From assembly GCA_038087875.1 (NCBI GenBank), contig CM075992.1:3660001-3724000 (forward strand): a stretch of DNA of 64,000 nucleotides, in the 5' to 3' direction. Each line of letters starts with the position of its first letter. Within the stretch, counting starts at the first letter, position 1. Made by a program: the position numbers and the translations under genes. This DNA comes from Malacoraja senta. Taxonomy: Eukaryota. Below are positions 26,601 through 40,704 of the stretch, in pieces. The notes below the pieces were generated by a model. That model saw only the letters and a list, made by a program, of their open reading frames with translations, did no database searches and was not told the origin of the DNA.

Positions 26601-28959
26601 TTACTCCAGCTTTTTGTGTCTTCCCTTAATGTCTTTCCTTAGCGTGAAAATCAGTTCACCCGTCCACCCAGGTAAAGGACAACAAGCAACATCAGTGGCA
26701 ACAGACACTATGGATTGGTATCAACAATATTCAGTGTAAAAATTGATCTGTCTGATACAGAAAGAAAATGTCTTTTCATCATTTAGCTGCATGAACTTTT
26801 GATAATTTATTTCATTGTCTCTGCTGCTTGGAAATAATTGGCCCTTTGTCACAGTTATGGTTCAGGTTTCATCAATCCCATATCCCGCTGTCTTGCAATG
26901 ATGACATTAAAATGATTTAACAATGGGGAGCTCTCTACTTATCGAAGCGTAAATCACGACAGCCAGAACGCAGACCTCCATCACAACCCAGGAAAGCCTC
27001 GTCTTTCCATTCTCTTGTGAAATATTTGCAGAAGGATCCTCCGTGAGTTTCTTTGCCAAGTTAACTTGGTCAGACTTGAATAGTGACCAAAACAAAAAAA
27101 GACACAAAGTGCTGGAGTAACTCAGCGGGTCAGTCAGCATCCGTGGAGCATTGATGTTTCGGGTCGGGACCCTTCGTCATGGCCATCTCTGCTAACGTGC
27201 CCCTACTCTAAAATTGTGTTTCTTGTTTTCTTTTGGTGCTCTTGAAATTGAATTCTGTCCTTGATTTGTGTACTGTGGTGTTTTTATATTTAATTTATTC
27301 CGATTATGTGTTTTGTATTTTTTTTGTGATTCTATGCATTGTAAGGTGTCCTAGGGTTTTAGAAAGGCGGCAGTAAATAAAATGATTATTATTATTATTA
27401 TTATTATTACTCGCCTTCTCACTGCTGAAACCCCCCTGGTCCTGAAGACTGCAACATCCAGGTTCAGGAATAGTTACTTCCCCACAGCCATCAGGCTATT
27501 GAACTCAACTCAAACAAAACTCTGAACATAATAGCCCATTATCAGTTTATTTGCACTTTTATCTGTGTTATTTATTCATGTGTGTATATATTTATACAAT
27601 GGTATATGGACACACTGATCTGTTCTGTATTTATGCCGACTATGTTCTGTTGTGCTGAAGCAAAGCAAGAATTTCATTGTCCTATCTGGGACACATGACA
27701 ATAAACTCTCTTCAATCTTGAATCTTGAATCCATATTTTTGTTACCTCCACTATGCCAAACCTACTTGGTTTCCTATCCATCCCTGCACCCCCCCCGCAC
27801 CGGAGACTTGAGATCAACCAAAGGTCTTCTGATTCCATGTGGAGTCACAGAGTCAAACAGCACAGAAACAGGCCCTTCGGCCCAACTTGTCCATGCCGAC
27901 CGAGATGCTAACTGCCGACCATTATATTAACTCTCATTACACCAGTCTCACCTGTTTTTACCGACCAACCTTGGCTTCTATTCTCTGAACTCTTTGATTA
28001 TAACATCAAGTCAAGAAGAGTTTAATGTCATAAGCACAAGTGTGAAGAGTAACAAGAAGAAGGGTCTCGACCCAAAACGTCACCCATTCCTTCCCTCCGG
28101 AGATGCTGCCTGTCCCGCTGAGTTACCCCAGCATTTTGTGCCTACCTATGGTGATTAACAGATACAACGAAAAATAATTCTCATCCTTGTAAACTTCTCT
28201 GTAAACTTGTTCAAATCTATGACCCTCCCTATCACTAACACCTCATCTATCCCCATATTAACATAAATTCTGGCCTCTTACACATCCTCTGTTTCGTTCA
28301 CCCTTTTGTTAGCAGTCCGGCCCCATCATAGACTCCATCAACCCTTCATGCAGCCAACATAATCAAAGGCTTGTCCCACCATGGTCACTCCTTCTCTCCC
28401 TTCTCCCAAGGGGTAGAAGATACAGAAGCTAGAGAGTATCCATTAGACTCAGGGAAAACTTCTTCCCCTCTGTTATCAGGCTTCCAAATCCAAGTCCTAT
28501 CCTAAACTTCTACCCTGTTGCGGACTGGATTTTGTCTGTGGAACTGACGTGCTAGAATGTGTAGGGAGGAACTGCAGATGCTGGTTTACACCAAAAATGG
28601 ACACAAAACGCTGGAGTAACTCAGCGGGACAGGCAGCGTCTCTGGAGAGAAGGAATGGGTGACGTTTCGGGTGGAGACCCTTTTACAGACCCGTATACCC
28701 GGATAAGTGGAATACATTGCTGCACCTTCTTCATACATAGAAACATAGAAACATAGAAAATATGTGCAGGAGTAGGCCATTCGGCCATTTGAGCCAGCAC
28801 CGCCATTCAATATGATCATGGCTGATCATTCAATATCAGTACCCCGTTCCTGCTTTCTCCCCATATCCCATGATTCCGTTAGCCCTAAGAGCTATATCTA
28901 ACTCTCTCTTGAATACATCCAGTGAATTTGCCTCCACTGCCTTCTGTGTCAGAGAAGTA

Positions 28960-29427
28960 CACAGATTCACAACTCTCTGGATGAAAATCCACAGATTCAC
29001 AACTCTCTGGGTGAAAATCCACAGATTCACAACTCTCTGGGTGAAAATCCACAGATTCACAACTCTCTGGATGAAAATCCACAGTTTCACAACACTAGGT
29101 GAAAATTCACAGATTCACAACTCTCTGGGTGAAAATCCACAGATTCACAACTCTCCGGATGAAAATTCATAGATTCACAACTCTCTGGATGAAAATCTAC
29201 AGTTTCATAACTCTCTGGATGAAAATCCAGTTTCACAACTCTGGGTGTAAATCCACAGTTTCACAACTCACTGGATGAAAATCCACAGATTCACAACTCT
29301 CTGGATGAAAATCCACAGTTTCATAACTCTCTGGATGAAAATCCATAGATTCACAACTCTGGATGAAAATCCACAGATTCACAACACTAGGTGAAAATTC
29401 ACAGATTCACAACTCTCTGGGTGAAAA
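28960..29427. repeat. ~30-bp minisatellite derived from a CR1 segment
   Basis: About 16 copies of ccacagattcacaactctctggRtgaaaat, continuous with the CR1 remnant at 28736-28985. Confidence 0.9.
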
Positions 29428-30152
29428 CTGCGTGAAAAACTGTGAAACCATCCCCCTTCTAACAATCCCACAGGAGAACCCTTCACAACTGTTTCTCCAA
29501 GACAATTCGCGATGAACAAACAAAGCTGACCTAAACGGCTCCACACTTCCTGTAATCAGCAGTATGAATCAAAGATCCTTTGGTATGAATCGGTAATGTA
29601 CACTCCTTTGAAGTCATGATCTGATGATCTGTCTAATAACACTAATTCAGCAGGGTTTTAGGAAACAGCTTTTCAAGTGCGTGTCGCTAACATTTTAAGC
29701 ATTGACAATCTGCCACCTTGTTCTTCCTTAGTTGGTTAGAAGTTCTTGGACGCCTTTCCCAAACATGTACTGCAAATTGCAATTCTGCTTCCCACTCCTG
29801 TTTTCATACAAAACTTCCAAAGAAATTAAAAGTATCCAAACTCCCCCAGGCTTTCAAGCCCAAACATTGACGGAGAACGTAAGCATGTCAAGCAAAACAG
29901 GAAGTTGTTGCAATAAAAGTCGTCTCCTTGAGATCCAAGATTAACATTGCAATCGCTTCATCACAGAGTTGTTGCACAAAACAGAAACATGGGCTGAAGG
30001 GGGTGAGAGCGTCATGAGTTGTAAAGATCAGAGCCAGTGATTATTTAACCAAAGGGAATGATCCAAAATGGATACCAGTTGTAAAACGGAGAGCATGGCG
30101 AGAATGGGGAGAGTTGCGTGTGAGGCATTGCCAAAGACCGAATGAAGAGTTA

Positions 30153-30545
30153 AAGGCATGTCCCACTTAGGAGACCTAAACAGCAACCTCTGGTGACCTT
30201 GCCCGCCACCCAAAAAAAAAAAATCAAGATCGAGGTGACCTGCAACCTCCTACCACCTCCCACGCATATGTTGAAAACCTTCCTCGACTATGAAGAAAAC
30301 CGGCTTCGACTAGACCTGTGACTAATAAATTATTGATTTTTAAAACGCCAACCTATTTTTAGTCGAGGCCGGTTTTAAACATGATGAAAAAATAGCAGCA
30401 ACCTAGATGAAGCCTCGACCATGCGGAAACCACTTTCGACCATTAGGGAGAGTGACCAAAACCTCCGGTGACCTCGTGAAAACCTTGGGTGGCGGGCAAG
30501 GTCACCAGAGGTTGCTGCTTAGGTCTCCTAAGTGGGACAGGGGCT
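30153..30545. mobile_element. PIF/Harbinger-like MITE
   Basis: AAGGCATGTCCCACT ... AGTGGGACAGGGGCT with ~60-bp inverted arms; TTA TSD (30150-30152, 30546-30548). Confidence 0.85.
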
Positions 30546-30944
30546 TTAGGCAATCACTTGTAGAATCTTAGCATGGTTACAGAACAGAAGGAGGCCATTC
30601 AGTCCATCGTGTCAATGCTAGTTTAGCTTGTAGTTTAGAGATACAGCGTGGAAAGTGACCGTTCGGCCCACCGATTCCGCGCCGACCAGCGATCCCCGCA
30701 CATTAACACTATCCCACACACACCAGCAAGTGTAGTAAGGTAGACAAAAACTGCTGGAGTAACTCAGCGGGTGAGGCAGCATCTCTGGAGAGAAGGAATG
30801 GACGACGTTTCGGGTCAAGACCCTTCTTCGGACTGATGTCAGGGGAGGGAGTGGGACAGAGATAGAATGTAGTCGGAGATAGTAAGACTAGTGGGAGAAC
30901 TGGGAAGGGGGAGGGGATGGAGAGAGAAAGCAAGGGCTACCTGA

Positions 30945-31540
30945 AGTAAGTAAGTAAGTTTATTGGCCAAGTATTCACATACAAGGAATTTGCCTTGGTG
31001 CTCTGCCCACAAGTAACAACAGTGACAGTTACGAATGACTCAGAAAACACTAAACATTAATAATAATAAGACATTAATGATAAAACACCATTGATCAAGC
31101 ATGTGAACCAACAAAATACCAGATCAAAGGGAGGCTACAGATTTTTGGCTGTTGAGTAGAGCAACTACTCGTGGATAAAAACTGTTTTTATGTCTGGCTG
31201 TGGCAGCTTTGACAGTCCGGAGTCGCCTTCCAGAGGGAAGTGATTCAAAGAGTTTGTGGCCAGGGTGAGAGGGGTCAGAGATGATCATGCCCGCTCGCTT
31301 CCTGGCCCTTGCAGTGTACAGTTCATCAATGGAGGGAAGGTTGCAGCCAATAACCTTCTCTGCTGATCGGACGAATCGCTGCAGCCTCCAGGTGTCGTGC
31401 TTGGTGGCTGAGCCAAACCAGACCATGATGGAGAAGATGAGAACGTACTCTACGATGGCCGTGTAGAATTGGACCATCATTGCCTGTGGCAGATTGTGCT
31501 TCCTCAGCTGCCGTAGGAAGTACATCCTCTGTTGTGCCTT
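30945..31540 (-). mobile_element. Rex1-type LINE 3' fragment nested in a Penelope remnant (~30740-31735)
   Basis: KKAQQRMYFLRQL...HPGH...SGRR; (ttac)n tail; flanks continue the GIY-YIG remnant (AQHFNSPSHSQSDL). Confidence 0.8.
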
Positions 31541-32426
31541 TTTGAAGTTAGAGAAGTCTATGATCATACCGCTGGGGTGTAAACTACGCAAGCGAAATAT
31601 GAGGTGCTGTTCCTCCAATTTGCGCAGGGCCTCACTCTGACAATGGAGGAGGCCCAGGACAGAAAGGTCAGATTGGGAATGGGAGGGGGAGTTGAAGTGC
31701 TGGGCCACCGGGAGATCAAGTAGGTTAAGACGGATTTAATGGGAAGGGGGAGTCGGCATGGACTCGGTGGGCCGAAGGGCCTGTTTCCATGCTGTATCTG
31801 TAAACTAAATATTAAATAAATGGAATGCTTTGGGTAGGACAGCTGCATTAATAAGAAACAAAAACTATTTTAAAAAAGGCATCATAATACTTTGCGCTAG
31901 GGGGGGTGGGGCAGTAAGTATGTACATGTTATCACAGACTGTGTGAGTAACACTTCCAACTTAACTGTTTGGGAAGCCATGAAGCTTGATAACATTAACA
32001 TCTACAATCACCAGCATTTTCATTAACTGAAAATATTGCCTTCTTATCCCAATTGTAATAAAAATCCAGATTTAATGACCATCTAATGAAGTGCAATTGT
32101 ACAATATAATAGCAAACAAGCTAATATAGCAATGGGGGCACATCTAAGTAGTGTAGACCATGAGATCACCCATGGTCAGTCATGACCGAGGGGGGCCAAC
32201 CACTAGACAATGAGAGTGAAGCCAGTTGGACATATTCCCCCAACACTTCAAATCTTTAGGAAGAGCTGAAGTGATTGAATGATTTTTCAGGCTGCAAAGT
32301 TTCAGGGCCATGCAGAAAAGTTCACCAAGTTTCTGAAGAGCCACATCTCTGTATCGTCGCAGATAGACACAGAGTGCTGGAGTAACTCAGCGGGACAGGC
32401 AGCATCCCTGGAGGGAAGGGATGGGT

Positions 32427-32454
32427 GACGTTTCGGGTCGAGACCCTTCTTCAG
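32427..32454 (-). ncRNA. Hammerhead-like motif, dispersed copy
   Basis: Identical core to 21430-21457; flanks 32360-32630 resemble 21365-21630. Confidence 0.6.
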
Positions 32455-34183
32455 ACTGAGAGTCAGGGGAGAGGGAAACCAGAGATATGAAAAGGTATAA
32501 AGAACAAATGAATGGAAGGCATGAAGAGAACAAATCAAGGCCAGCAAAGATGATCAAGGAAAGGTGGAGCCCACAATGGTCCAATGTTGGCTGTGGAGAA
32601 GGTGATAACGAGTGGATACAAAGAGTGGATACAAAGAGATACATCCTGGCCACTCACTCGTCTCCCCGCTGCCTTCAGGTAGAAGGTACAGGAGCTTGAA
32701 ATCTGCAACATCCAGGGTCAGGAATAGCTGCTTCCCCACAGCCATCAGGCTATTAAACTCAACTCAAACAAAAACTCTGATCTTTAATAGCCCATTGCAC
32801 TTTATCTATTTATTTATGTGTGTGTGTATATATATATATATTCATTGGTATATGGTCACACTGATCAGTTCTGTTCTGTATTTATTCATGCCTACTTCTT
32901 TTTTCTGTTGTGCTGAAGCAAAGCAAGAATTTCATTGTCCTATCTGGGACACATGACAATAAACTCTCTTGAATCTTGAATCTTGAAGAGGCCCTTATTC
33001 AGACTGAGAGTCAGGGGAGAGGGAGACAAAGAGATATGGAAGGGTAAGGTGTGAAGACGAGAGGTCAAAGGGGATGAAGATCGATGAAAATATGGAATAG
33101 ATCACTGTTGGCTGAGGGGAAGGTGACAACGAGGCACACAAGCTGTAAAATGTATCAGTGGAACTAGTCGGAGAACTAGGAAGGGGGAGGGACGGAGCAA
33201 GGGTTACTTGGAGTTAGAGAAGTCAATATTTATACTGCTGGGTTGTCAGGTGCCCAAGCGAAATATGAGGTGCTGTTCCTCCAATTTGCAGGAAACTCCC
33301 ACATCGTGGTTGTGTATTGTACCAAGTAGAGAAGTGGCTTTGTCATTAATGGTTTATTTAAAGGCTCAAGATGGTGCGGCGTGGTGCAGTGTGGGGACTA
33401 AATGGAATACTTTGTAACATTGTCGGTGTCCTTTATGTGGCGTCTATTTGCATACCTTGGGTAGGCAAAGCAAATAATCTCACTGTGACTTGTCACATGT
33501 GAAGTATCATAAAGGTTGGATCCCGGATCCCTGGCGCTGTGAGGCAGCTGTCCTACCTGCTGCACCTCTGTGCCGCCCTACAAATGTAAATGCAATTGTT
33601 GCAATGCTTATCAAAAATACTTCATAAGAGGAGGGTCGCCTCTCTGGCGTGTAAAAGCTGAATGAATGCGCGACATATAGAGTTATGGCTTAAGGGAGCA
33701 TATGGTCATTGGGGAAAGACATTATTAACCTGGAGGTGGAAGATATGAGAATACACCACCTGTCTTGAGTTATGTCCCAGGTAGTATACTTGATGCATTG
33801 GGAACCAAGATAAAGGATATTGGCCTGCCATGCAGAAAGTTAGCAAGTCTCGAAAAAATAGAGATACAATGCAAAAATACAAAATACAAGAGAGCCTTCT
33901 TCAGACTCACCAGGGTTTGAACCTGATGAGACTGACACTAACTGGACAAATCTGGTTTCACGTTTCAGCTCTGCCCTACATTTCGCAGTGTTTGCATATC
34001 ATCTTGTTTGTTTCTCTCCCTTTCACTAACTTCCTTCATGAAATTATTCAGATGCCAATGCAAATATCAACTGGGCCTCACCCCATCAGGGATATTACCT
34101 TTCTCTTATTATCCGTCCCCTCCCTTTTTTTTTAGTTTCGTTTAGTTTCGAGATACAGCGTGGAAACAGGCCCTTCGGTCCTG

Positions 34184-34215
<32 letters not shown>

Positions 34216-34361
34216 CTTCTCTTTCTCTCCGAGTCCGCACTGGCCAGCGACCCGCGTACATTAACACTACCTTACACACACTAGTGACAATTCGACGTTT
34301 ATACAATTATACCAAGCCAAATAACCTACAGACCTGTACGTCTTTGGAGTGTGGGAGGAAA

Positions 34362-34800
34362 CGGATAGACTCGGCTTGTACTCGCTAGAATTTAGAAGAT
34401 TGAGGGGGGATCTTATAGAAACTTACAAAATTCTTAAGGGGTTGGACAGGCTAGATGCAGGAAGATTGTTCCCGATGTTGGGGAAGTCCAGAACACGGGG
34501 TCACCATTTGAGGATAAGGGGGAAGTCTTTTAGGACCGAGATGAGAAAAACATTTTTCACACAGAGAGTGTGAACCTGTGGAATTCTCTGCCACAGAAGG
34601 TAGTTGAGGCCAGTTCATTGGCTATATTTAAGAGGGAGTTAGATGTGGCCCTTGTGGCTAAAGGGATCAGGGGGTATGGAGAGAAGGCAGGAACGGGGTA
34701 CTGATTGGGGATGATCAGCCATGATCACATTGAATGGCGGTGCAGGCTCGAAGGGCCGAATGGCCTACTCCTGCACCCATTTTCTATTGTTCTATGTTTC
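34362..34800 (+). mobile_element. CR1 3' fragment inserted into a V-SINE (34135-34935)
   Basis: DRLGLYSLEFRR...; SINE sequence resumes after 34800. Confidence 0.85.
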
Positions 34801-35417
34801 TATTTCGGAGAAAAACCCCGGAGGTCACGGGGAGAACATGCAAACTCCGTACAGACAGCACCCTTAGTTGGGATCATACCCTGGTTTCCAGCGTTGCAAG
34901 CACTGTAAGGCAGCAACTCTACCGCTGCGCCACCATGCCACGCTAAACCCCCGTGTTCCTTGCAACTTGTTTTCTCAGCCCCCATTTCAACCTGAAATCA
35001 CAACTTTGATTCTTCTTCCGCAGAGGCTGCCTGACCTACTGAGTGTTTCCAGCATTTTTTTTGGTTTTAGCTTCATGCTTTAAAATGTGCTAAGATCATG
35101 AGATGGTAAGATATAGGAGGAGAATTAGGCCATTCGGCCCATCGGGTCTGCTCTGCCATTCGATCACAGCTGATCTCTGTTTCTCCCTTGACACCATCCC
35201 TCTCAACCTTCTCCACCTAACCTTTGCCGCCCTTACTAATCAAGAACCTATCAACCTCCAGTTTAAACGTACCCAATGTCCATGTGTTTGTTTCCTTCTC
35301 ATCCATTCCATTCCATCCACAGATGCTGCCTGACCCGCTGAGTTACTCCAGCACTTTGTGTTTTGTTCAAGATTCAAGCGTCATGCAGTTCCTCATGTCT
35401 CCATATTAATTACCACC

Positions 35418-35843
35418 ATCATAGATACATAGATACATAGAAAATAGGTGCAGGAGTAGGCCATTCGGCCCTTTGAGCCTGCACCGCCATTCAATATGAT
35501 CATGGCTGATCATCCAACTCAGTATCCCGTACCTGCCTTCTCTCCATACCCCCTGATCCCCTTAGCCACATCTAACTCCCTCTTAAATATAGCCAATGAA
35601 CTGGCCTCAACTACCCTCTGTGGCAGAGAGTTCCAGAGATTCACCACTCTCTGTGTGAAAAAGTTTTTCCTCATCTCGGTCTTAAAGGATTTCCCCCTTA
35701 TCCTTAAGCTGTGACCCCTTGTCCTGGACTTCCCCAACATCGGGAACAATCTTCCTGCATCTAGCCTGTCCAACCCCATAAGAATTTTGTACGTTTCTAT
35801 AAGATCCCCTCTCAATCTCCTAAATTCTAGCGAGTATAAGCCA
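35418..35843 (-). mobile_element. CR1 3' fragment
   Basis: RGDLIETYKIL...RTRGHS. Confidence 0.88.
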
Positions 35844-36717
35844 AGTCATCTATTGCGACAAGTGATGGCTTCCACTGATTGTCGCCGGAAGCCTGCGTCG
35901 CTTTACAGGACGGACGATGCCAGCGAGGTCAACATCTGTAACAAGGTGGACACGGAAAGAAGAAGCACGCTCCACCTGAAAAAAATCTCCTCAAAATATG
36001 ACTATTTGAAGTAAGCAAAATGCTGGAGTAACTCAGCAGGTCAGGCAGCACCTGTGGAGGGATTGGATAGGCGACATTTTGGGTTGGGACCGTTCTACAG
36101 AATTCCTTGGGACCCTTCAAAACATTTGTGTTTAGTTGACTAGACTGCGGAACAGCGTCCCTCTCCTCATCAGAACTGCACCCCACTCCTTTAAGTCGAT
36201 GTTAAAAACCTATTTCAACTCCCTAGTGTTTTTTGAGTCCCTCAGAGGGGGCGCTGTAAACAGTTTATGTACGTATTGTTAGGTCTGTGTACCTTTGTAT
36301 GTGGCACATTAGTACCTGCACCGATGTACAGCACTTTGGTCAACGTGAGTTGTTTTTAAATGTGCTATACCAATAAAAATTAATTGATTGATCCATTCCC
36401 TCCACAGACGCTGCCTGACCAGCTGAGTTCCTCCAGTATCTTGTGTTTTCCTCAGGATTCCAGCAGCTGCAGTTCCTTGTGTCTCTTCCTCACTGGTTTG
36501 AAGTTCTCCTCCTCTCTCCAACCGAGACCCTCTCTCACTGCTTGTCTATTCCCTCCACAGATGCTGCCTGACCCGTTGCGTTACTCCAACATTCCAGAGC
36601 AGAATTATCGCTTCTTGTCAATGCTCTTTGTTTGCTGGAATATGCAGAAAGACCAGTTTTAAGATTTTTTTTTTTTAAAGTGGATGGGTGGGGAGAGCAG
36701 GGGATGATGTGGTTGGA

Positions 36718-37479
36718 GAACATAGAAACATAGAAACATAGAAAATAGGTGCAGGAGTAGGCCATTCGGCCCTTCGAGCCTGCACCGCCATTTGATATGA
36801 TCATGGCTGATCATCCAACTCAGTATCCCATCCCTGCCTTCTCTCCATACCCCCTGATCCCTTTAGCCACAAGGGCCACATCTAACTCCCTCTTAAATAT
36901 AGCCAATGAACTGGCCTCAACTACCTTCTGTGGCAGAGAATTCCACAGATTCACCAGTCTCTGTGTAAAAAATGATTTCCTCATCTCGGTCCTAAAAGTC
37001 TTCCCTCTCATCCTTAAACTGTGACCCCTAGTTCTGGACTTCCCCAACATCGGGAACAATCTTCCTGCATCTAGCCTGTCCAACCCCTTAAGAATTTTGT
37101 AAGTTTCTATACGATCCCCCCTCAATCTTCTGAATTCCAACGAGTACAAGCCGAGTCTATCCAGTCTTTCCTCATATGAAAGTCCTGCCATCCCAGGAAT
37201 CAGTCTGGTGAACCTTCTCTGTACTCCCTCTATGGCAAGAATGTCTTTCCTCAGATTAGGAGACCAAAACTGTACGCAATACTCCAGGTGTGGTCTCACC
37301 AAGACCCTGTACAACTGTAGTAGAACCTCCCTGCTCTTATACTCAAATCCTTTTGCTATGAATGCTAACATACCATTCGCTTTCTTCACTGCCTGCTGCA
37401 CCTGCATGCCTACTTTCAATGACTGGTGTACCATGACACCCAGGTCTCGTTGCATCTCCCCTTTTCCTAATCGGCCACC
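36718..37479 (-). mobile_element. CR1 LINE 3' fragment
   Basis: QRDLGVMVH...[14 protein letters not shown]; (ctatgttt)n tail. Confidence 0.92.
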
Positions 37480-37849
37480 ATGAGAGGTACATAAGAAAAA
37501 AAATCGAGCGATGCTGTGTAACAAAAGGGGTGGAGATGCATGCAATTAGTGAAAATCACCAGAGCTGCATATTGAAAGGAATGCTGTAATGCAATGCTGA
37601 CTCATGATTAGCAATGTTATGTTTGACATTTGCCCATGGCAATTTACTCGCCGGGTAGGGACGCACGATAAATTGTTTCTGTCCAGGATGATCATTGTTG
37701 AAATCTTGAAACCGGGAAAGGGAAAAGCAGATAAAGTGGACACAAGCAAAATGCTGCAGATGCTGGAAATCTGAAATAAAAATACCATCGAGCTATCCGC
37801 AGTGTACAGATACATGATCGATGGAATAACGTTTAGTGCAAGATAAATA

Positions 37850-38240
37850 ATGTCTGATTAAAGATAGTCCGAGGGCCATCAACGAGACAGATTGCAGTTC
37901 AGTATTGCTCTCTAGTTGTTGGTAGGATGGTTCAGTTGCCTGATAACAGCTGGGAAGAAACTGTCCCTGAATCTGGAGGTGTGCGTTTACACACTTCTAT
38001 ACCTTTTGCCCGATGGGAGAGGGGAGAAGAGGGAGTGACTGGGATGCGACTCGTCCTTGATTATGCTGCTGGCCTTGCCGAGCAATGGAATCAATGGAAG
38101 GGAGGTTGGTTTGTGTGAGGGTCTGGGCTTGCGTCCACAATTCTCTGCAGTTTCCCCGCGGTCTTGGATGGAGCTGTTCCCAAACCGTGCTGTGCTGCAT
38201 CCCAACAAAATGCTTCTACGGCGCGTCTGTAGAAGTTGGT
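37850..38240 (-). mobile_element. Rex1-type LINE 3' fragment
   Basis: KASSIIKDESHPSHSLFSPLPSGKRYRS; similar copy at 56395-56612. Confidence 0.75.
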
Positions 38241-38674
38241 GGGGGCCATGCCGAACTTCACGTCTTCACAGAGGCACAACTGCTAGAGCTGCTGCCTCAC
38301 AGCTCCAGCGACACAGGTTCGATCCTAATCTCGGGTGCTATTCGCGTGGAGTTTGCACGTTCGCCCTGTGAACCTTATCCTTCATAGTTTTCTATACCTC
38401 CATAATGCCATGCCTCAGCCTCCCACCCTCAGGGGGAAACAGGTCCCAGTCTATCCAGTCTCTCATAATTCAAGCCATCAATTCATGGCAATGTCATAGA
38501 AACCTAGAAAATAGGTGCAGGAGGAGGCCATTCGGCCCTTCGAGCCAGCACCACCATTCATTGTGATCATGGCTGATCATATGGATGTCCTTGTGAATTT
38601 TTTCTGCATCCTTCCAGTTTGATAACATCTTTGAATGAAAATTCTGATTTATTATTTTGGTGTTAGTATTTTTG

Positions 38675-38965
38675 TTTTAGAGATACAGTGAGGAAACAGG
38701 CCCTTCAGCCCACCGAGTCTGCGCTGGCCAGCGATCCCCACGCATTAACTCTATCCGACACACACAAGGGACATTTTACAATTTTACCGAAGCCAATTAA
38801 TCTACAAACATGTACGTCTTCGGAGTGTGGGAGGAAACCAGAGCACCTGGATAAAACCCACGCAGGTCACGGGGAGAACGTACAAACTCCGGTCAGACGG
38901 CACCCGTTGTCAGGATCGAACCGGGGTCCCTGGCACTGTAAAGCAGCAACTCTACCGCTGCAACA
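38675..38965 (-). mobile_element. tRNA-derived V-SINE
   Basis: Same family. Confidence 0.78.
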
Positions 38966-39686
38966 CCCTTATTCAGAAAACTATCAAGCACTTCTTTGTT
39001 TCTCCCTTTAAGGTTTAGTTGAGTTTAGTTTATTGTCACGTGTACCGAGGTACAGTGAAAAGCTTTTGTTGCGTGCTAACCAGTCAGCGGAAAGACAATA
39101 CATGATTACAATCGAGCCGTCCACAGTGTACAGAATAACATGATAATGGAATAACGGTTTAGTGCAAGATAAAGCCAGTAAAGTCCGATCACAGATAGTC
39201 CGATGGTTTCCAATGAGGTAGATAGTTCTATGACTCGTTTGTCCCAAGCAACCTAGAGTATGAGTGCTGGCATCTCCTGGTCCAAACTCTGGAACAGTAG
39301 ACCCGAAACGTCACCCATTCCTTCTCTCCAGAGATGCTGCCTGACCCGCTGAGTAATTCCAGCATTTTATCTTTGCCTGCTTCGTTGTCAACTTCCCCTA
39401 GTTAATAATGATCTATTCTGCATTCTCCTTGATCTACGACCCCTTTGATGTCTCGTATTCACACCTTACTCTTCCATATCTCTGTGTTTCCCTCTCCCCT
39501 GACTGTCTGTAGAAGGGTCTCAGCCCGTTGAGTTACTCCAGCATTTTGTGTCTATCTTCGGTTTAAACCGGCATCTGCAGTTCCTTCCTACACATCTATA
39601 GTTCCTTCCTACATACAAAGATAAATGTTTTGTTAGGATAATTTGCAGTCTTTCAATGCAGCCTCAAAGCACAAGATTCTCTTTTT

Positions 39687-39760
39687 ATTGGTTCTGGGAG
39701 GGGGGCTGGACGCGGGGGAGTGGGCCTGGTTATAAAGAGGTGGGAAAAGAGGGAGATTGG
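39687..39760 (+). promoter_or_regulatory. Candidate Pol II core promoter
   Basis: ATTGG (39687), G-rich GC-box-like stretch, TATAAA (39731-39736), second ATTGG (39756). No linked exon identified. Confidence 0.3.
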
Positions 39761-39761
39761 C

Positions 39762-40123
39762 TGAGAGTGAGAAAGAGAGGTTGAGAGAGAGAGATGGGAG
39801 AGATTGAGAGAAAGAGAGAGATTGAGAAAGAGAGATTGAGAGAGAAAGAGATTGTGAGATTGACAGAGAGAGAGATTGAAAGATGAGAGAGATTGAGAGA
39901 GAGATTGAAAGAGATTGAGAGAGAGATTGGGAGAGAGTTTGGGAGAGAGGGAGTGAGAGATGAAAGGAGAGGTTGAGAGAGAGGTTGAGAGAGAGAGAGA
40001 GAGTAGAGAGAGAGAGATTGAGAGAGAGAGAGAGAGAGAGTTTGGGAGAGAGATTGAGAGAGAGATTGGGAGAGAGATTGGGAGAGAAGGAGTGAGAGAT
40101 TGAAAGAGAGATTGAGAGAGAGT

Positions 40124-40154
<31 letters not shown>

Positions 40155-40421
40155 GAGAGAGAGAGAGAGAGAGTAGAGAGAGAGAGAGAGAGAGAGATAG
40201 AGAGAGAGAGAGTAGAGAGAGAGTAGAGAGAGAGAGAGAGAGATTGAGAGATAGAGAGAGAGAGAGAGAGAGTAGAGAGAGAGAGATTGAGAGAGAAGAG
40301 AGAGAGAGTAGAGAGAGAGATTGAGAGAGAGAGAGAGATTGAGAGAGAGAGAGAGAGATTGAGAGAGAGAGAGAGAGATTGAGAGAGAGAGAGGGAGTAG
40401 AGAGAGAGAGATTGAGAGGTT

Positions 40422-40456
<35 letters not shown>

Positions 40457-40517
40457 TGAGAGAGAGGTTGAGAGAGAGAGAGAGTAGAGAGAGAGAGATT
40501 GAGAGGGGGGGGGGGGT
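39762..40517. repeat. (GA)n-rich tract
   Basis: Direct inspection. Confidence 0.95.
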
Positions 40518-40704
40518 AGACCAGTGATCAGCGCACTGAAGCTCAGAACTGCACGGGGTTCGTTTATCGGAGACGGTGTTCCTAAAACGAGAAAGACTTT
40601 CGCTTTCAGAGGACACAGCTTTAGTGCGGGACACGACCGCGGGAAAGAGCGGCGACTCAAAGATCCCGCATCAAAATCCGCAAGAAAGTTGATTGAAGAG
40701 ATCT

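Noticed and set aside
26907..27140. 77-aa minus ORF with a hydrophobic segment
   Set aside because: Starts within a repeat; no recognisable homology or convincing splice sites.
28960..29427. CRISPR-like periodic 30-bp repeat
   Set aside because: No unique spacers, no cas genes, eukaryotic context; the unit is a CR1 segment.
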